Positions 37,653-46,564 of a stretch of 64,000 nucleotides of DNA are shown here, piece by piece. The stretch covers positions 1,563 through 65,562 of the forward strand of contig JAKPNH010000008.1 in NCBI GenBank assembly GCA_029548485.1, in the 5' to 3' direction. The DNA comes from a bacterium (lineage in GTDB: Bacteria; Patescibacteriota; Minisyncoccia; UBA6257; Colwellbacteraceae). Every line of letters begins with the position of its first letter. Position 1 is the first letter of the stretch. The translations under genes were made by a program, and so were the position numbers. The notes beneath the pieces are model-generated. The model did no database searches and was not told where the DNA came from. It worked only from the letters and a program-made list of their open reading frames with translations.

Positions 37653-39411
37653 TGTTTAAAAACTTTTGGTTTTTTAAAAACTCGATTCTCGCGGTGATGT
37701 TTTGGAAATCCGCGATGTATTCGACGATCTTGCCGTCTTCTTTCTCTTCCGCCGCCTGGATCAGCGCTTTCAAGTGGTCGCGCTTTTCCGTCCAGAACTC
37801 CATCTCCAGATTCCGACAAAGCACTTCCGTTTCCGCGTTTTGGGAAACTTCGGCCGCCGAATCATCAGCCAAACCCGATCGCAGATTGATCAGATTCGCG
37901 AGTCCGGCCAGCTCCTCGCTTTCCGGAATCCTTCCTTCGGAAAGGCAATAATACACTTCGAGATACTTTTGCGGGAGGAATTCTTTGACTTTTTCCACGG
38001 CCTCTTTCGAGCCGCTGTCTCCGGAGAAGCAGCCAAGCAGCCTTTCGCTGATCAACTCCCGTCTTGATAGCTTAATATCCCGTAAATCCGGCGTCGTGTC
38101 AACTTTTTTGAGCGGCTGTCCGGAAGCGATCCCTAGCTTTTCCATCTCTTCCCGCAGGCTCGCCTCCCTGACGCCGGTCCGGTCGCTTATCTGCTTTAGC
38201 CAGTAGTCTTTTTCGATGGCGCTCGCCATTTTTCTAACTTTCTGTAGCGCCATCCTGATACCTTGTTTTTTGTCGCTGATGTCGCCGTCTTTCAGAAACT
38301 CCCGGCAATAATATTCCATTCCGCCGACGCTCTGGCCGGTCAGCTCCTTCAGAATCCCCGGCTTCAGCAAAACCAGGTCGGCCGTGTCCTTGATTTTCAA
38401 GTCTTTTTCCGCGGCCAGGTTGCCCAAGTCGAGGACTCGCGCCTCGAAATCGTTTTCGAGGGCGAGGTCGATGCTCCGTTCGGTCGCCTGCTTGCCGGCC
38501 GGATCGTTGTCGAGATTAAAAACCAGTTTGTTGGTGTGCCGATGCAGCAGTTTCAGCTGGTCGAGCGTCAAGGCGGTCCCCGAAATGCCGACCGTGTTTT
38601 TCACCCCGTCCTGATGGCTCGCGATCACGTCCATCATTCCTTCGACAATAAGAACGAATCCCTCTTCGCGGATCGCCTCTTTCGACTGGATCAATCCGTA
38701 GATGATTTTCGATTTGGAGAAAATCGGCGTTTCCGGAGAGTTCAGATACTTGGCCGTTTCCTCGGTTTCGTATTCCGGCAATATCCGGCCGGAGAAACCG
38801 ACCGGTTTTCCGAAGGCGTTCCAAAGCGGAAACATGATCCGGCCGCGGAAACGATCGAAATATTTCCCTTTTTCGCTTTTGATGGTCATCCCCGAGCGCG
38901 TCAAATCTTTGACGTCGAATCCGGCGTTGATCAGATGAAGCGTCAAATCCTCGAAGCTCTGGCCGGCGAAACCGATGTTGAAGTTTTCGACGCTTTCGGG
39001 GGTCACTCCCCTTTTCTGCAGGTACTTTCGGGCGTTTTCCGACGCCTCGAGGTTTTTCCGGTAAAACTCCGCGGAGATCCTCGCAATGTCGTAGAGCACG
39101 CCGAATTCCCGCTGGTCCGCGGGACTGACGCGCCTGAGCTCCACCCCGGCTTTTTCCGCGAGGACCTGGAGCGCCTCGTAGAACTCCAGATTCTCGTATT
39201 TCATCACGAATTTGAAAATATCTCCGCCTTCGTTGCAGCCGAAGCAGTGCCAAATCTGCCTGTCCGGCGAAACCATGAAAGACGGCGTCCGCTCTTTATG
39301 GAACGGGCAGACCGCCTTCAGGTTTTTCCCGGCCGGCTTCAAATCGAGATAACCCCGGAGAAAATCGACCAGGTCGAGCTTGGATTTTATTTCTTCAATC
39401 GGAGAGGCCAT
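37645..39411 (-). CDS. dnaG: DNA primase
   Basis: N-terminal zinc-binding [11 protein letters not shown]...CFGC motif and TOPRIM region; 8-nt overlap with rpoD. Confidence 0.9.
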   Translation of the reverse strand: MASPIEEIKSKLDLVDFLRGYLDLKPAGKNLKAVCPFHKERTPSFMVSPDRQIWHCFGCNEGGDIFKFVMKYENLEFYEALQVLAEKAGVELRRVSPADQREFGVLYDIARISAEFYRKNLEASENARKYLQKRGVTPESVENFNIGFAGQSFEDLTLHLINAGFDVKDLTRSGMTIKSEKGKYFDRFRGRIMFPLWNAFGKPVGFSGRILPEYETEETAKYLNSPETPIFSKSKIIYGLIQSKEAIREEGFVLIVEGMMDVIASHQDGVKNTVGISGTALTLDQLKLLHRHTNKLVFNLDNDPAGKQATERSIDLALENDFEARVLDLGNLAAEKDLKIKDTADLVLLKPGILKELTGQSVGGMEYYCREFLKDGDISDKKQGIRMALQKVRKMASAIEKDYWLKQISDRTGVREASLREEMEKLGIASGQPLKKVDTTPDLRDIKLSRRELISERLLGCFSGDSGSKEAVEKVKEFLPQKYLEVYYCLSEGRIPESEELAGLANLINLRSGLADDSAAEVSQNAETEVLCRNLEMEFWTEKRDHLKALIQAAEEKEDGKIVEYIADFQNITARIEFLKNQKFLNNG

Positions 39412-40351
39412 GTTTGCGGAAAGCCGCTTGGACGACGTGATCCAAAAACTCCGTGAAACTCATTCCGCAGGCCAAAGCCTCTTGCGGCAAAAGGCTTGTC
39501 GGCGTCATTCCCGGAATGGTGTTTATTTCCAATATATATAACTTGCCGTACGGGGACAAAATCATGTCCGTCCTTGAAAATCCCGAGGCCTTGATCGCTT
39601 GATGGGCCGCGAGAGCCGTTTTTTGGATAAGCTGGATAAAGTCTATCGGCAAATCCGGAGGCGTGATTTCCTCGGAAGCGCCGGGAACGTATTTGGCTTC
39701 GTAGTCGAAAAACCCGGCCGATTTCGGAACGATCTCCGTCGGAGGCAAGGCTCTCGCGTTCCCGAGCCCGTCATCGATGACGCCACAGGTGAGTTCCCGA
39801 CCTTTTATGAATTCCTGGATCATCACGTTGTGGGAAAAAGCGAAAGCCTGTTCCAAGGCCGGATACAATCCTTCCGGTGAACGGACGATGGAAACGCCGA
39901 CGGACGAACCCTTGTCCGCGGGCTTGACCACGAGCGGCCAGCCGAGATCTACGCGCAGGTTTTCCAAATCCCCGAAATGCTGCAGCAGGAGCGATTCCGG
40001 CGGATTCAGTCCGGCGGTCCGGAAGGCCCTTTCCGACATCGCTTTGTTCATGCCGAGGGCGCTCGAAGCCGGATCGCTTCCGGTATAAGGCAGGCCCGCT
40101 TCTTCGAGAACGGACTGGATCGCGCCGTCCTCGCCGTATTCGCCATGCATGGCGATGAAAGCGAGATCGGTCAAGTCTTTAAGATGGCGCGGATCGTCGT
40201 CCCATTTTCCTTTCTTGTCGATCAAAACCGGGAAAACTTCGTATTTTTTCCTGTCCAGGAATTTGGACACGGTCTTGCCGCTCGACAAAGACACCTCGTG
40301 TTCGGCCGAAGGCCCTCCCATCAAAACCGCGATTCTTTTTTTGAGAGACAT
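39395..40351 (-). CDS. ddl: D-alanine--D-alanine ligase
   Basis: Ddl N-terminus MSLKKRIAVLMGGPSAEHEVSLSSG and ATP-grasp region; start set at the internal ATG 40349-40351 (the track's N-terminal extension is judged spurious); ATGA overlap with the gdh stop. Confidence 0.9.
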   Translation of the reverse strand: MSLKKRIAVLMGGPSAEHEVSLSSGKTVSKFLDRKKYEVFPVLIDKKGKWDDDPRHLKDLTDLAFIAMHGEYGEDGAIQSVLEEAGLPYTGSDPASSALGMNKAMSERAFRTAGLNPPESLLLQHFGDLENLRVDLGWPLVVKPADKGSSVGVSIVRSPEGLYPALEQAFAFSHNVMIQEFIKGRELTCGVIDDGLGNARALPPTEIVPKSAGFFDYEAKYVPGASEEITPPDLPIDFIQLIQKTALAAHQAIKASGFSRTDMILSPYGKLYILEINTIPGMTPTSLLPQEALACGMSFTEFLDHVVQAAFRKHGLSD

Positions 40352-41607
40352 CACAATTCTCCCCTGGCCTGCATGGCTTTGACGACCTTTTGGACGGCCA
40401 GAGAATAAGCCGCCTGTCTTAGAGTCGCCTTTTTCGTCGTCTTCGACATTCGTTCGTACTCGGCCCAGACCGCGGCGAAGGCGGAATCCATCAATTTCTT
40501 GAGCTTCGCAGAGATCTCTTCTTTTTCCCAATAATAATTCGCCAGATTCTGGACCCACTCGAAATAAGAGACGGCCACGCCGCCGGTGTTCGCCAAGACG
40601 TCGGGAACGATCAAAATTTTCTTGTTTGCCAGGATCTCTTCGGCTTTAGGAGTCACCGGGCCGTTGGCCATTTCCAGAATATTCTTGGCGTTGATTTTGG
40701 AAACGTTTTCCTCGCTCACGGCGTTTTCCAAAGCCGCCGGAACGAGAATGTCGACGTTCAGTCCGAGGACCGCCTCCGAAGGTAAAAGCTTTCCTCCGAC
40801 AAATCCCTTGAAGGTGTCGTTTTTCGCTTTGTAATCGAAAGCTTTTCTGATATCCAATCCTTTTTCGTTATAAAGGGTGTTTTTGCTGTCGGAGACCGCG
40901 ACCACTTTGTATCCGTTCTCATGGACGAACTTGGCGAAATACGATCCGACGTTCCCGAATCCCTGGATGGCCACGGAAACGGCTTTTTTTTGTTTCTTTA
41001 GTTTTTTGACGAAAGAATCGAGGACATAAGAACCGCCCAAGCCCGTGGCTTCGGTGCGGCCTCTGGAGCCGCCGAGCTCCAAAGGCTTGCCCGTGAGCGC
41101 GCCCGGGTCTTTACGGCCAATGATTTTTTCGTATTCGTCAAGCATCCAGCCCATGATTTCGGCGTTCGTGTTCACGTCCGGCGCCGGAATGTCTTTGTCG
41201 CTGCCGATCGCCTTGGCGATCAATCGGATATACCCGCGGCTCAATCTTTGGAGTTCTGATTTGGAAAGGGTTTTCGGATTGACCGCCACACCGCCCTTGC
41301 CGCCGCCGTAAGGAATGCCGACGATGGCCGTTTTCCAGGTCATCCACATCGAAAGCGCCTTCACCTCTTCTTCGGTCGTTTCCTCGTGGAATCTGATTCC
41401 GCCCTTGTAAGGCCCGACGGCGTTGTTGTGCTGGCTTCTCCAGGCTTTGAATTTTTTCGTTTTGCCGTTGTCGAGCTTCACCGAAATTTCTCCGGAAACC
41501 AGATTTTCTATTTTGAGCAACCGGTCGATCGTTTTTTTATCGAGCTCAAGGATCTTGGCTATATCAAGCAACTGCTGCCTGGCGTTTTCGAGCGGATTGT
41601 TTTTCAT
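40351..41607 (-). CDS. gdhA: NAD(P)-specific glutamate dehydrogenase (Glu/Leu/Phe/Val dehydrogenase family)
   Basis: Lys active-site region GGGKGGV and Rossmann GFGNVG motif. Confidence 0.9.
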   Translation of the reverse strand: MKNNPLENARQQLLDIAKILELDKKTIDRLLKIENLVSGEISVKLDNGKTKKFKAWRSQHNNAVGPYKGGIRFHEETTEEEVKALSMWMTWKTAIVGIPYGGGKGGVAVNPKTLSKSELQRLSRGYIRLIAKAIGSDKDIPAPDVNTNAEIMGWMLDEYEKIIGRKDPGALTGKPLELGGSRGRTEATGLGGSYVLDSFVKKLKKQKKAVSVAIQGFGNVGSYFAKFVHENGYKVVAVSDSKNTLYNEKGLDIRKAFDYKAKNDTFKGFVGGKLLPSEAVLGLNVDILVPAALENAVSEENVSKINAKNILEMANGPVTPKAEEILANKKILIVPDVLANTGGVAVSYFEWVQNLANYYWEKEEISAKLKKLMDSAFAAVWAEYERMSKTTKKATLRQAAYSLAVQKVVKAMQARGEL

Positions 41608-41707
41608 AAGTAATCTAATTCTAACGCCGATTCAGAAAAGCCCCAAATGGAAAAATGGGCTTTTCTAATCACTTAAAAAGCCGTATTTAGGCTTATTTCT
41701 CGCTTTC

Positions 41708-41737
41708 TTGACAGAATAAAACAATCTGTGTTATTAT
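41708..41737 (+). promoter_or_regulatory. candidate sigma-70 promoter (TTGACA - 18 nt - TATTAT) driving the structured leader of the 42033 gene
   Basis: Consensus -35 hexamer and 5/6 -10 hexamer in an AT-rich intergenic region. Confidence 0.35.
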
Positions 41738-42032
41738 TAATTTATAAAAGTTAAGGGGCGCGCTTCAGTCACTTCAAACAAGAAGCCGCGCGTACCCCAA
41801 AAAAAGAACCGATCCTTCAAAAAATAAACCAAAAAAGCGGAGCGGAGCGTAATAAACTCTACCGCTCCAGCCAGGCGGCGCGAAGATTCCTATTTCATAC
41901 CAATAGCGGAGAAGGGATCTATCGCGCCGTTTCTATATCTGCTTACGTGTTTTCACTTGCAATCCGTCTACTTAATTGCTATTTTAAAAATCTGTTCCCA
42001 ATATTTTCCAATATATAAGGAGGGTTTTGTTG

Positions 42033-42527
42033 ATGGAGTCGCCCCCAAGAACTTCGTCCCGATCCTGTCTCTCCCCTAGACTGCTTCCCAAAGATCGGGA
42101 AGCCCTGCCGGCAGAAATCTCAAGAATAGAAGGGACCATCACCAAGCTTCAGGAAGATCTTGAAAGCGCTAAGGAGGATGGTGAAACGGCTTGCCGCATT
42201 CGCGACGAAATCGCGAAGAAGAGAGAAGAGTTGAAACATCTCTTCGACCTTCAAAGATGCGCCGTTCTAATCTCGAGACCTCCAAGCGACGAGGTCGCGA
42301 TGATAGGCCATAGAGTGACCTATCATAATGTCTGCAGCGGCGAATCTATGGCCATAGTCCTCGGCGGCGATTGGGTCCCCAACGCGGAAAGATGCCAACG
42401 CACTACCGCCAGGACGCCCCTCTTCGCCGCTCTTCAGGGAGCGAAGTGCGACGAAAGAAGAGTTCTCTTCACCGACAAACCCAAAACAATCGTCATCGAC
42501 CGCATCGAAGCCGCCGACGACGAATAA
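42033..42527 (+). CDS. GreA/GreB-family paralog lacking the canonical acidic tip (Gfh/Rnk-like)
   Basis: C-terminal FKBP-like Gre domain (EVAMIGHRVTYHNVCSGESMAIVLGGDW...) with an N-terminal coiled coil but no DxxE tip; AAGGAGGG RBS. Confidence 0.6.
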   Translation: MESPPRTSSRSCLSPRLLPKDREALPAEISRIEGTITKLQEDLESAKEDGETACRIRDEIAKKREELKHLFDLQRCAVLISRPPSDEVAMIGHRVTYHNVCSGESMAIVLGGDWVPNAERCQRTTARTPLFAALQGAKCDERRVLFTDKPKTIVIDRIEAADDE

Positions 42528-42603
42528 GCAGACGTTCCTTGCCACAACGCTCCGGAAAATTCCGGAGCGTCTTTATTTTTCGCGAAAACCGCTTTAAAGA
42601 AGA

Positions 42604-42843
42604 TCAGTCTTCGGACGCTTTCGCGATCTTCTTCGGTTCCAGAGGAACGACAATCGCGGAAATCAAGTAGATCAATATCCCGCTGCCGATAAAGGCGAGG
42701 AAAACGAAAAGCAAGCGGAATATCACCGGGTCCACTTCGAAATATTCTCCCAGCCCGCCGCAGACCCCGAAAATAATCCTGTCGGTTCTCGACCTGTATA
42801 TTTTTCTTATTTTTTCAGTCATGTTGATTGATATCTCTTTCAA
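42604..42843 (-). CDS. PspC-domain membrane protein
   Basis: LYRSRTDRIIFGVCGGLGEYFEVDP PspC motif followed by a TM helix; true start may be the internal Met at 42822. Confidence 0.7.
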   Translation of the reverse strand: MKEISINMTEKIRKIYRSRTDRIIFGVCGGLGEYFEVDPVIFRLLFVFLAFIGSGILIYLISAIVVPLEPKKIAKASED

Positions 42844-42916
42844 TAATTATATCACAAAAGAAAACCGCGCGAGCCTGGTATAAGGCCGCGCGGCCGGACT
42901 TTGCTTTCCCCGAAGC

Positions 42917-43255
42917 TTAAAGAACAGCCTCCTGCTCTTTATCGCGAATGACGCATTTTTCGCAGGGCTGGCCGCAGAGGCACTCGATCGCCTCTCCTCC
43001 ATGGAGGCAATATTGCGTCTCGCTCTCATCGTCTTTCAGGAAATAGAAAGGGCAAACACCCATATCTATTCCCCATTCTTTCTGGATCCGGAATACGAGC
43101 TCCCTGGCCGGCATGATCGGCCAGGGACAAGTTTCTGGAAGAAGCTTTTCCAAAAGACCAGGCCTCTCGTTTTCTTTCGCTTCGCGGAGCATTTCTTCTC
43201 CGCCGATCAAATCGAGCTCTTTGAGAGCGGCTTTCACGCGGTCGGAACGCACCAC
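42917..43255 (-). CDS. hypothetical Cys-rich protein (possible metal-binding)
   Basis: CPW...CPFYF...C.HGG...CLCGQPCEKC cysteine pattern; no family assigned. Confidence 0.45.
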   Translation of the reverse strand: MVRSDRVKAALKELDLIGGEEMLREAKENERPGLLEKLLPETCPWPIMPARELVFRIQKEWGIDMGVCPFYFLKDDESETQYCLHGGEAIECLCGQPCEKCVIRDKEQEAVL

Positions 43256-43374
43256 CCAACACCTCCAAAGCTATATTCGGATAATTAACAAAATAATGTT
43301 TTTGCGAACCGCGGTCAAGGTTAGATCCTTTATTCTTGAGAAAAAACCCGTAAAAGTATAAGCTGAATACGCTT

Positions 43375-43462
43375 GGAGAGGTCGCATAGCGGTCTAGTGC
43401 GTTCGCTTGGAAAGCGAATATACCGCAAGGTATCCAGGGTTCGAATCCCTGCCTCTCCGCCA
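43375..43462 (+). tRNA. tRNA-Ser (anticodon GGA), CCA encoded
   Basis: Acceptor GGAGAGG/CCTCTCC, anticodon stem TTCGC/GCGAA with loop TTGGAAA, long variable arm, T-arm CAGGG TTCGAAT CCCTG, terminal GCCA. Confidence 0.9.
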
Positions 43463-43498
43463 GTTGGTAAAAGAGAGGAAAATCATTAAAATAGAAAT

Positions 43499-43651
43499 AT
43501 GATAAATCTAAGATTTGTAAACTTTGCAGTATTTATAATCTTTTTTGGGATTGCTTTAATTGAAGCCTTCCAAAAACAAAGTTGGTTAGAGGCAATTTTG
43601 TTTTTAGCTTTGGGCGCGTTATTCCTCTGGGCTGATTTTAGAAAAACTTGA
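43499..43651 (+). CDS. possible small hydrophobic peptide (50 aa) in the AT-rich flank of tRNA-Ser
   Basis: MINLRFVNFAVFIIFFGIALIEAFQKQSWLEAILFLALGALFLWADFRKT; weak RBS; below the track cut-off. Confidence 0.25.
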   Translation: MINLRFVNFAVFIIFFGIALIEAFQKQSWLEAILFLALGALFLWADFRKT

Positions 43652-43878
43652 AATCGTCCTTTCCGCTCCGGTTCAAGACGAGGCGGGCGAAAGGAGGTTT
43701 GGGGCGATGCCGCTCGCCGAGCCCAGCGATTTCCGTTCGGATATTCTCAATAGACACCGCAACAAGGATCGGAATCGGCGGCCGCTTCCGGGCTTGCGTT
43801 TTTTTAAGCTTGACGAAAAAAGCAAAATATCACTAACTTAAACTTAGTATTCACGGACTTTAAGTAGGAGGCGGAGAA

Positions 43879-44988
43879 ATGGCCAAGAATCGCGAAAATA
43901 AAATGACCAATGAAATAACCAAACTCGAGCTCGAAGATCTCGGCTACGACGAATTCTTCGATTCGCAACGCAGATCTTCGGGATTTGAAGGCTTACCGTT
44001 AGCCCGGGTCGTTGCCGAACACAAAGAAGCTTACAAAGTGAAAAGCCCGAACGGCGAGTATTTGGCCAAGATTACGGGGAAACAAATGTTTAAGGCCGTG
44101 AAAAGAACGGATTATCCCGCTGTCGGAGACTGGGTGGTGATTTCCGAATCGGACGGAGAAAAAGCGGTAATCCGCCATATCCTGCCGAGAAAAACCATAC
44201 TCAAGAAAAAATACAGCGACAGACAAGACGCGCAGGTCATCGCCGTGAACATCGACACGGCCTTCATCGTAGAGTCGCTGGACAGGGATTATAATCTCAA
44301 CCGTTTTGAAAGGTATCTGGTTTTGGCGAACGAAACCGGCATTGAACCGGTTATCGTGTTGAATAAAACCGATTTGGTTCCTAAAACCGAACTGGATCGA
44401 AAAACACAAGAAATAAAAGACAGGTTCGGCGACATCGATATTGTCCGGACCAGCGTCGTCGAAGAACGAGGGCTCGATGAATTGACAGATCGTATCGCCG
44501 AAGGAAAAACATACTGTTTTCTCGGATCGTCGGGAGTCGGCAAATCTTCCCTGATAAACAAATTATTGAAGAAAGACGTCATCAAGACGAAGGAAATAAG
44601 CGGGTCCACCGGCAAAGGCAGGCACACGACCACAACAAGAGAAATGTATTTTTTGGAAAACGGCGGGATCGTGATCGATAATCCGGGCACGAGAGAGGTC
44701 GGGATGGCGGAAGCGAACGCCGGCATCGAAAACGTGTTTGACGAAATAATCACTTTGTCTCAAAAATGCAAATACGCCGATTGCACGCACGTGCGCGAAC
44801 CGGGATGCGCCGTGCTCCAAGCCCTTCGGGAAGGAAAGTTGGACAAAGCCAAATACCAAAACTACCTTAGATTAAAAAAGGAAAACGAATTTTACGGAAT
44901 GACCGACGCGGAGAAGAGAAACAAAGACCGCCGGTTCGGGAAATTAGTTAAAAAAGCGGTAGACCAACTGAAAGAATTCGAGTCTTAG
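43879..44988 (+). CDS. rsgA: ribosome small-subunit-dependent GTPase A
   Basis: Circularly permuted GTPase (GSSGVGKSSLINKLL after the G4 region) and C-terminal zinc-finger CxxxC..H..C. Confidence 0.9.
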   Translation: MAKNRENKMTNEITKLELEDLGYDEFFDSQRRSSGFEGLPLARVVAEHKEAYKVKSPNGEYLAKITGKQMFKAVKRTDYPAVGDWVVISESDGEKAVIRHILPRKTILKKKYSDRQDAQVIAVNIDTAFIVESLDRDYNLNRFERYLVLANETGIEPVIVLNKTDLVPKTELDRKTQEIKDRFGDIDIVRTSVVEERGLDELTDRIAEGKTYCFLGSSGVGKSSLINKLLKKDVIKTKEISGSTGKGRHTTTTREMYFLENGGIVIDNPGTREVGMAEANAGIENVFDEIITLSQKCKYADCTHVREPGCAVLQALREGKLDKAKYQNYLRLKKENEFYGMTDAEKRNKDRRFGKLVKKAVDQLKEFES

Positions 44989-44992
44989 AAAA

Positions 44993-45880
44993 TCACAGGC
45001 TCATCTCCCGGAGTCTTTCGATCCTTTCTCCGATGGGCGGATGGGTGGAAAAAAGATGCGACACTATTTCTTTTGATTTCAAAGGATTGGCTATCCAAAG
45101 ATGGGCCGTGGCCGAAGCGGCCGATCTAAGCGGAGTTTGATCTTCCGAGATTTTTTGGAGGGCGGAAGCCAAACCTTCGGGATAGCGCGTCAAGAGCGCG
45201 GATGAAGCATCGGCCAGAAATTCCCTTTTCCGGGAAATGGCGAGCTGGATCAGATTGACGGCGACGGGCGCCAGCATGGCGAAAACCAATCCCACAAGAT
45301 ACAAGACTCCCCGGAGCTCCCGATCATTGTCGTCCCTTCCCCTCTGGGGCATGCGCATGAAAATATCCGCGAGTATGGCGACGAATCCGACGAGCACGGC
45401 GGCCGTCGTCGCTACCAAAGTGTCGCGATTCTCTATGTGGCTCAACTCGTGGCCCAAAACCCCTTCCAATTCTTGTCTGTCCAATTTTTGAAGCAGGCCG
45501 GTGGTGACGGCGATCGCCGAGCGTTCCGGACTCCGGCCGGTAGCGAAGGCGTTGGGGCTCGGATCGTCCACGATGTATATTGCCGGTTGGGCCGCGCCGG
45601 CGGCGATCGCCAGATTTTCCACCAGACGGTGGAGCTCGGGGTTGTCCCGCCGCGCCACCGGTTTTGCTCCGGCAAGGCTAAGGGCGATATTGTCGGAGAA
45701 AAGAAAACTCGTGGCGCTCATGAAAACGCTGAAAACAATCGCTCCGAGCAGGATGGCCGGATTGTCGTAAAAATACCCGAATCCCCAGCCGAGACCGATG
45801 ACCACGGCGACGAAAACCGTAAAAAGCATCCACGTCCTTTTGACGTTCGCTTCTTTTTCCGCATAAATGTTTCTGGCCAT
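44993..45880 (-). CDS. htpX: M48-family zinc metalloprotease HtpX
   Basis: HELSH zinc motif and TM helices. Confidence 0.85.
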   Translation of the reverse strand: MARNIYAEKEANVKRTWMLFTVFVAVVIGLGWGFGYFYDNPAILLGAIVFSVFMSATSFLFSDNIALSLAGAKPVARRDNPELHRLVENLAIAAGAAQPAIYIVDDPSPNAFATGRSPERSAIAVTTGLLQKLDRQELEGVLGHELSHIENRDTLVATTAAVLVGFVAILADIFMRMPQRGRDDNDRELRGVLYLVGLVFAMLAPVAVNLIQLAISRKREFLADASSALLTRYPEGLASALQKISEDQTPLRSAASATAHLWIANPLKSKEIVSHLFSTHPPIGERIERLREMSL

Positions 45881-45932
45881 TGTATTCGTTAAATCCGCGA
45901 ACGGCGAAAAACGCCTTCCGCTTTGAACGAAA

Positions 45933-46478
45933 CTAGAATTGGACTTTGACCGGTTCTTTTTCTCCGGCTTCGGTCTCGAAGAACGGCTCCACTTTGAATC
46001 CGAAAATCCCGGCGATCAGATTCGTCGGAAACCTTTGAACCCTGATGTTTATTTCCCTGACATTGCTGTTGTAGAACCTGCGGGCCGCCTGGATTTTATT
46101 CTCGGTGTCCGAGAGCTCGCATTGAAGCTCCACGAAATTGGTGTTGGCTTTCAGTTCGGGGTAGTTTTCGGAAACCGCGAAAAGGGTTTTCAAGGTTCCG
46201 CTCAAGGCGCTTTCGGCCTTGTCCCTTTCCAAGGGATTTCCTTTACTTTGAGCGACGCTCGCCCTCGCCTCGGTCACCTTCTCCAGGACATTGGCTTCGT
46301 GCGACATATAGCCTTTGACCGTTTCCACCAGATTGGGAATCAGGTCAAAGCGCCTTTTCAGCTGGACATCGATGTCTGACAAAGCCTCCTTTACCCTGGT
46401 TTTCAGGGTCACCAGGCCGTTGTAAGAGCCGATCACCCAGACGAAAATTACCGCGATTCCGCCCCATAGAATATACAT
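45933..46478 (-). CDS. lemA: LemA-family protein
   Basis: N-terminal TM plus conserved LemA core (YNGLV..., RFDLIPNLVETVKGY). Confidence 0.85.
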   Translation of the reverse strand: MYILWGGIAVIFVWVIGSYNGLVTLKTRVKEALSDIDVQLKRRFDLIPNLVETVKGYMSHEANVLEKVTEARASVAQSKGNPLERDKAESALSGTLKTLFAVSENYPELKANTNFVELQCELSDTENKIQAARRFYNSNVREINIRVQRFPTNLIAGIFGFKVEPFFETEAGEKEPVKVQF

Positions 46479-46564
46479 ATTGATGCTTTATTTGTTTTTT
46501 AGCGACTGCTTGATTATAGCACGACGGTCAGAACCGCGCTTTTCGGGCGCGGTTCCAATGGAAA

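Noticed and set aside
41740-42026. SRP (4.5S) RNA or 6S RNA in the long gdh / gre-like intergenic region
   Set aside because: Hairpins are present, but the conserved SRP domain IV motif (GGAAG...AGCAGCC...GNRA) and the 6S central bubble could not be recognised by eye. Kept only as a structured leader / sRNA candidate in the findings
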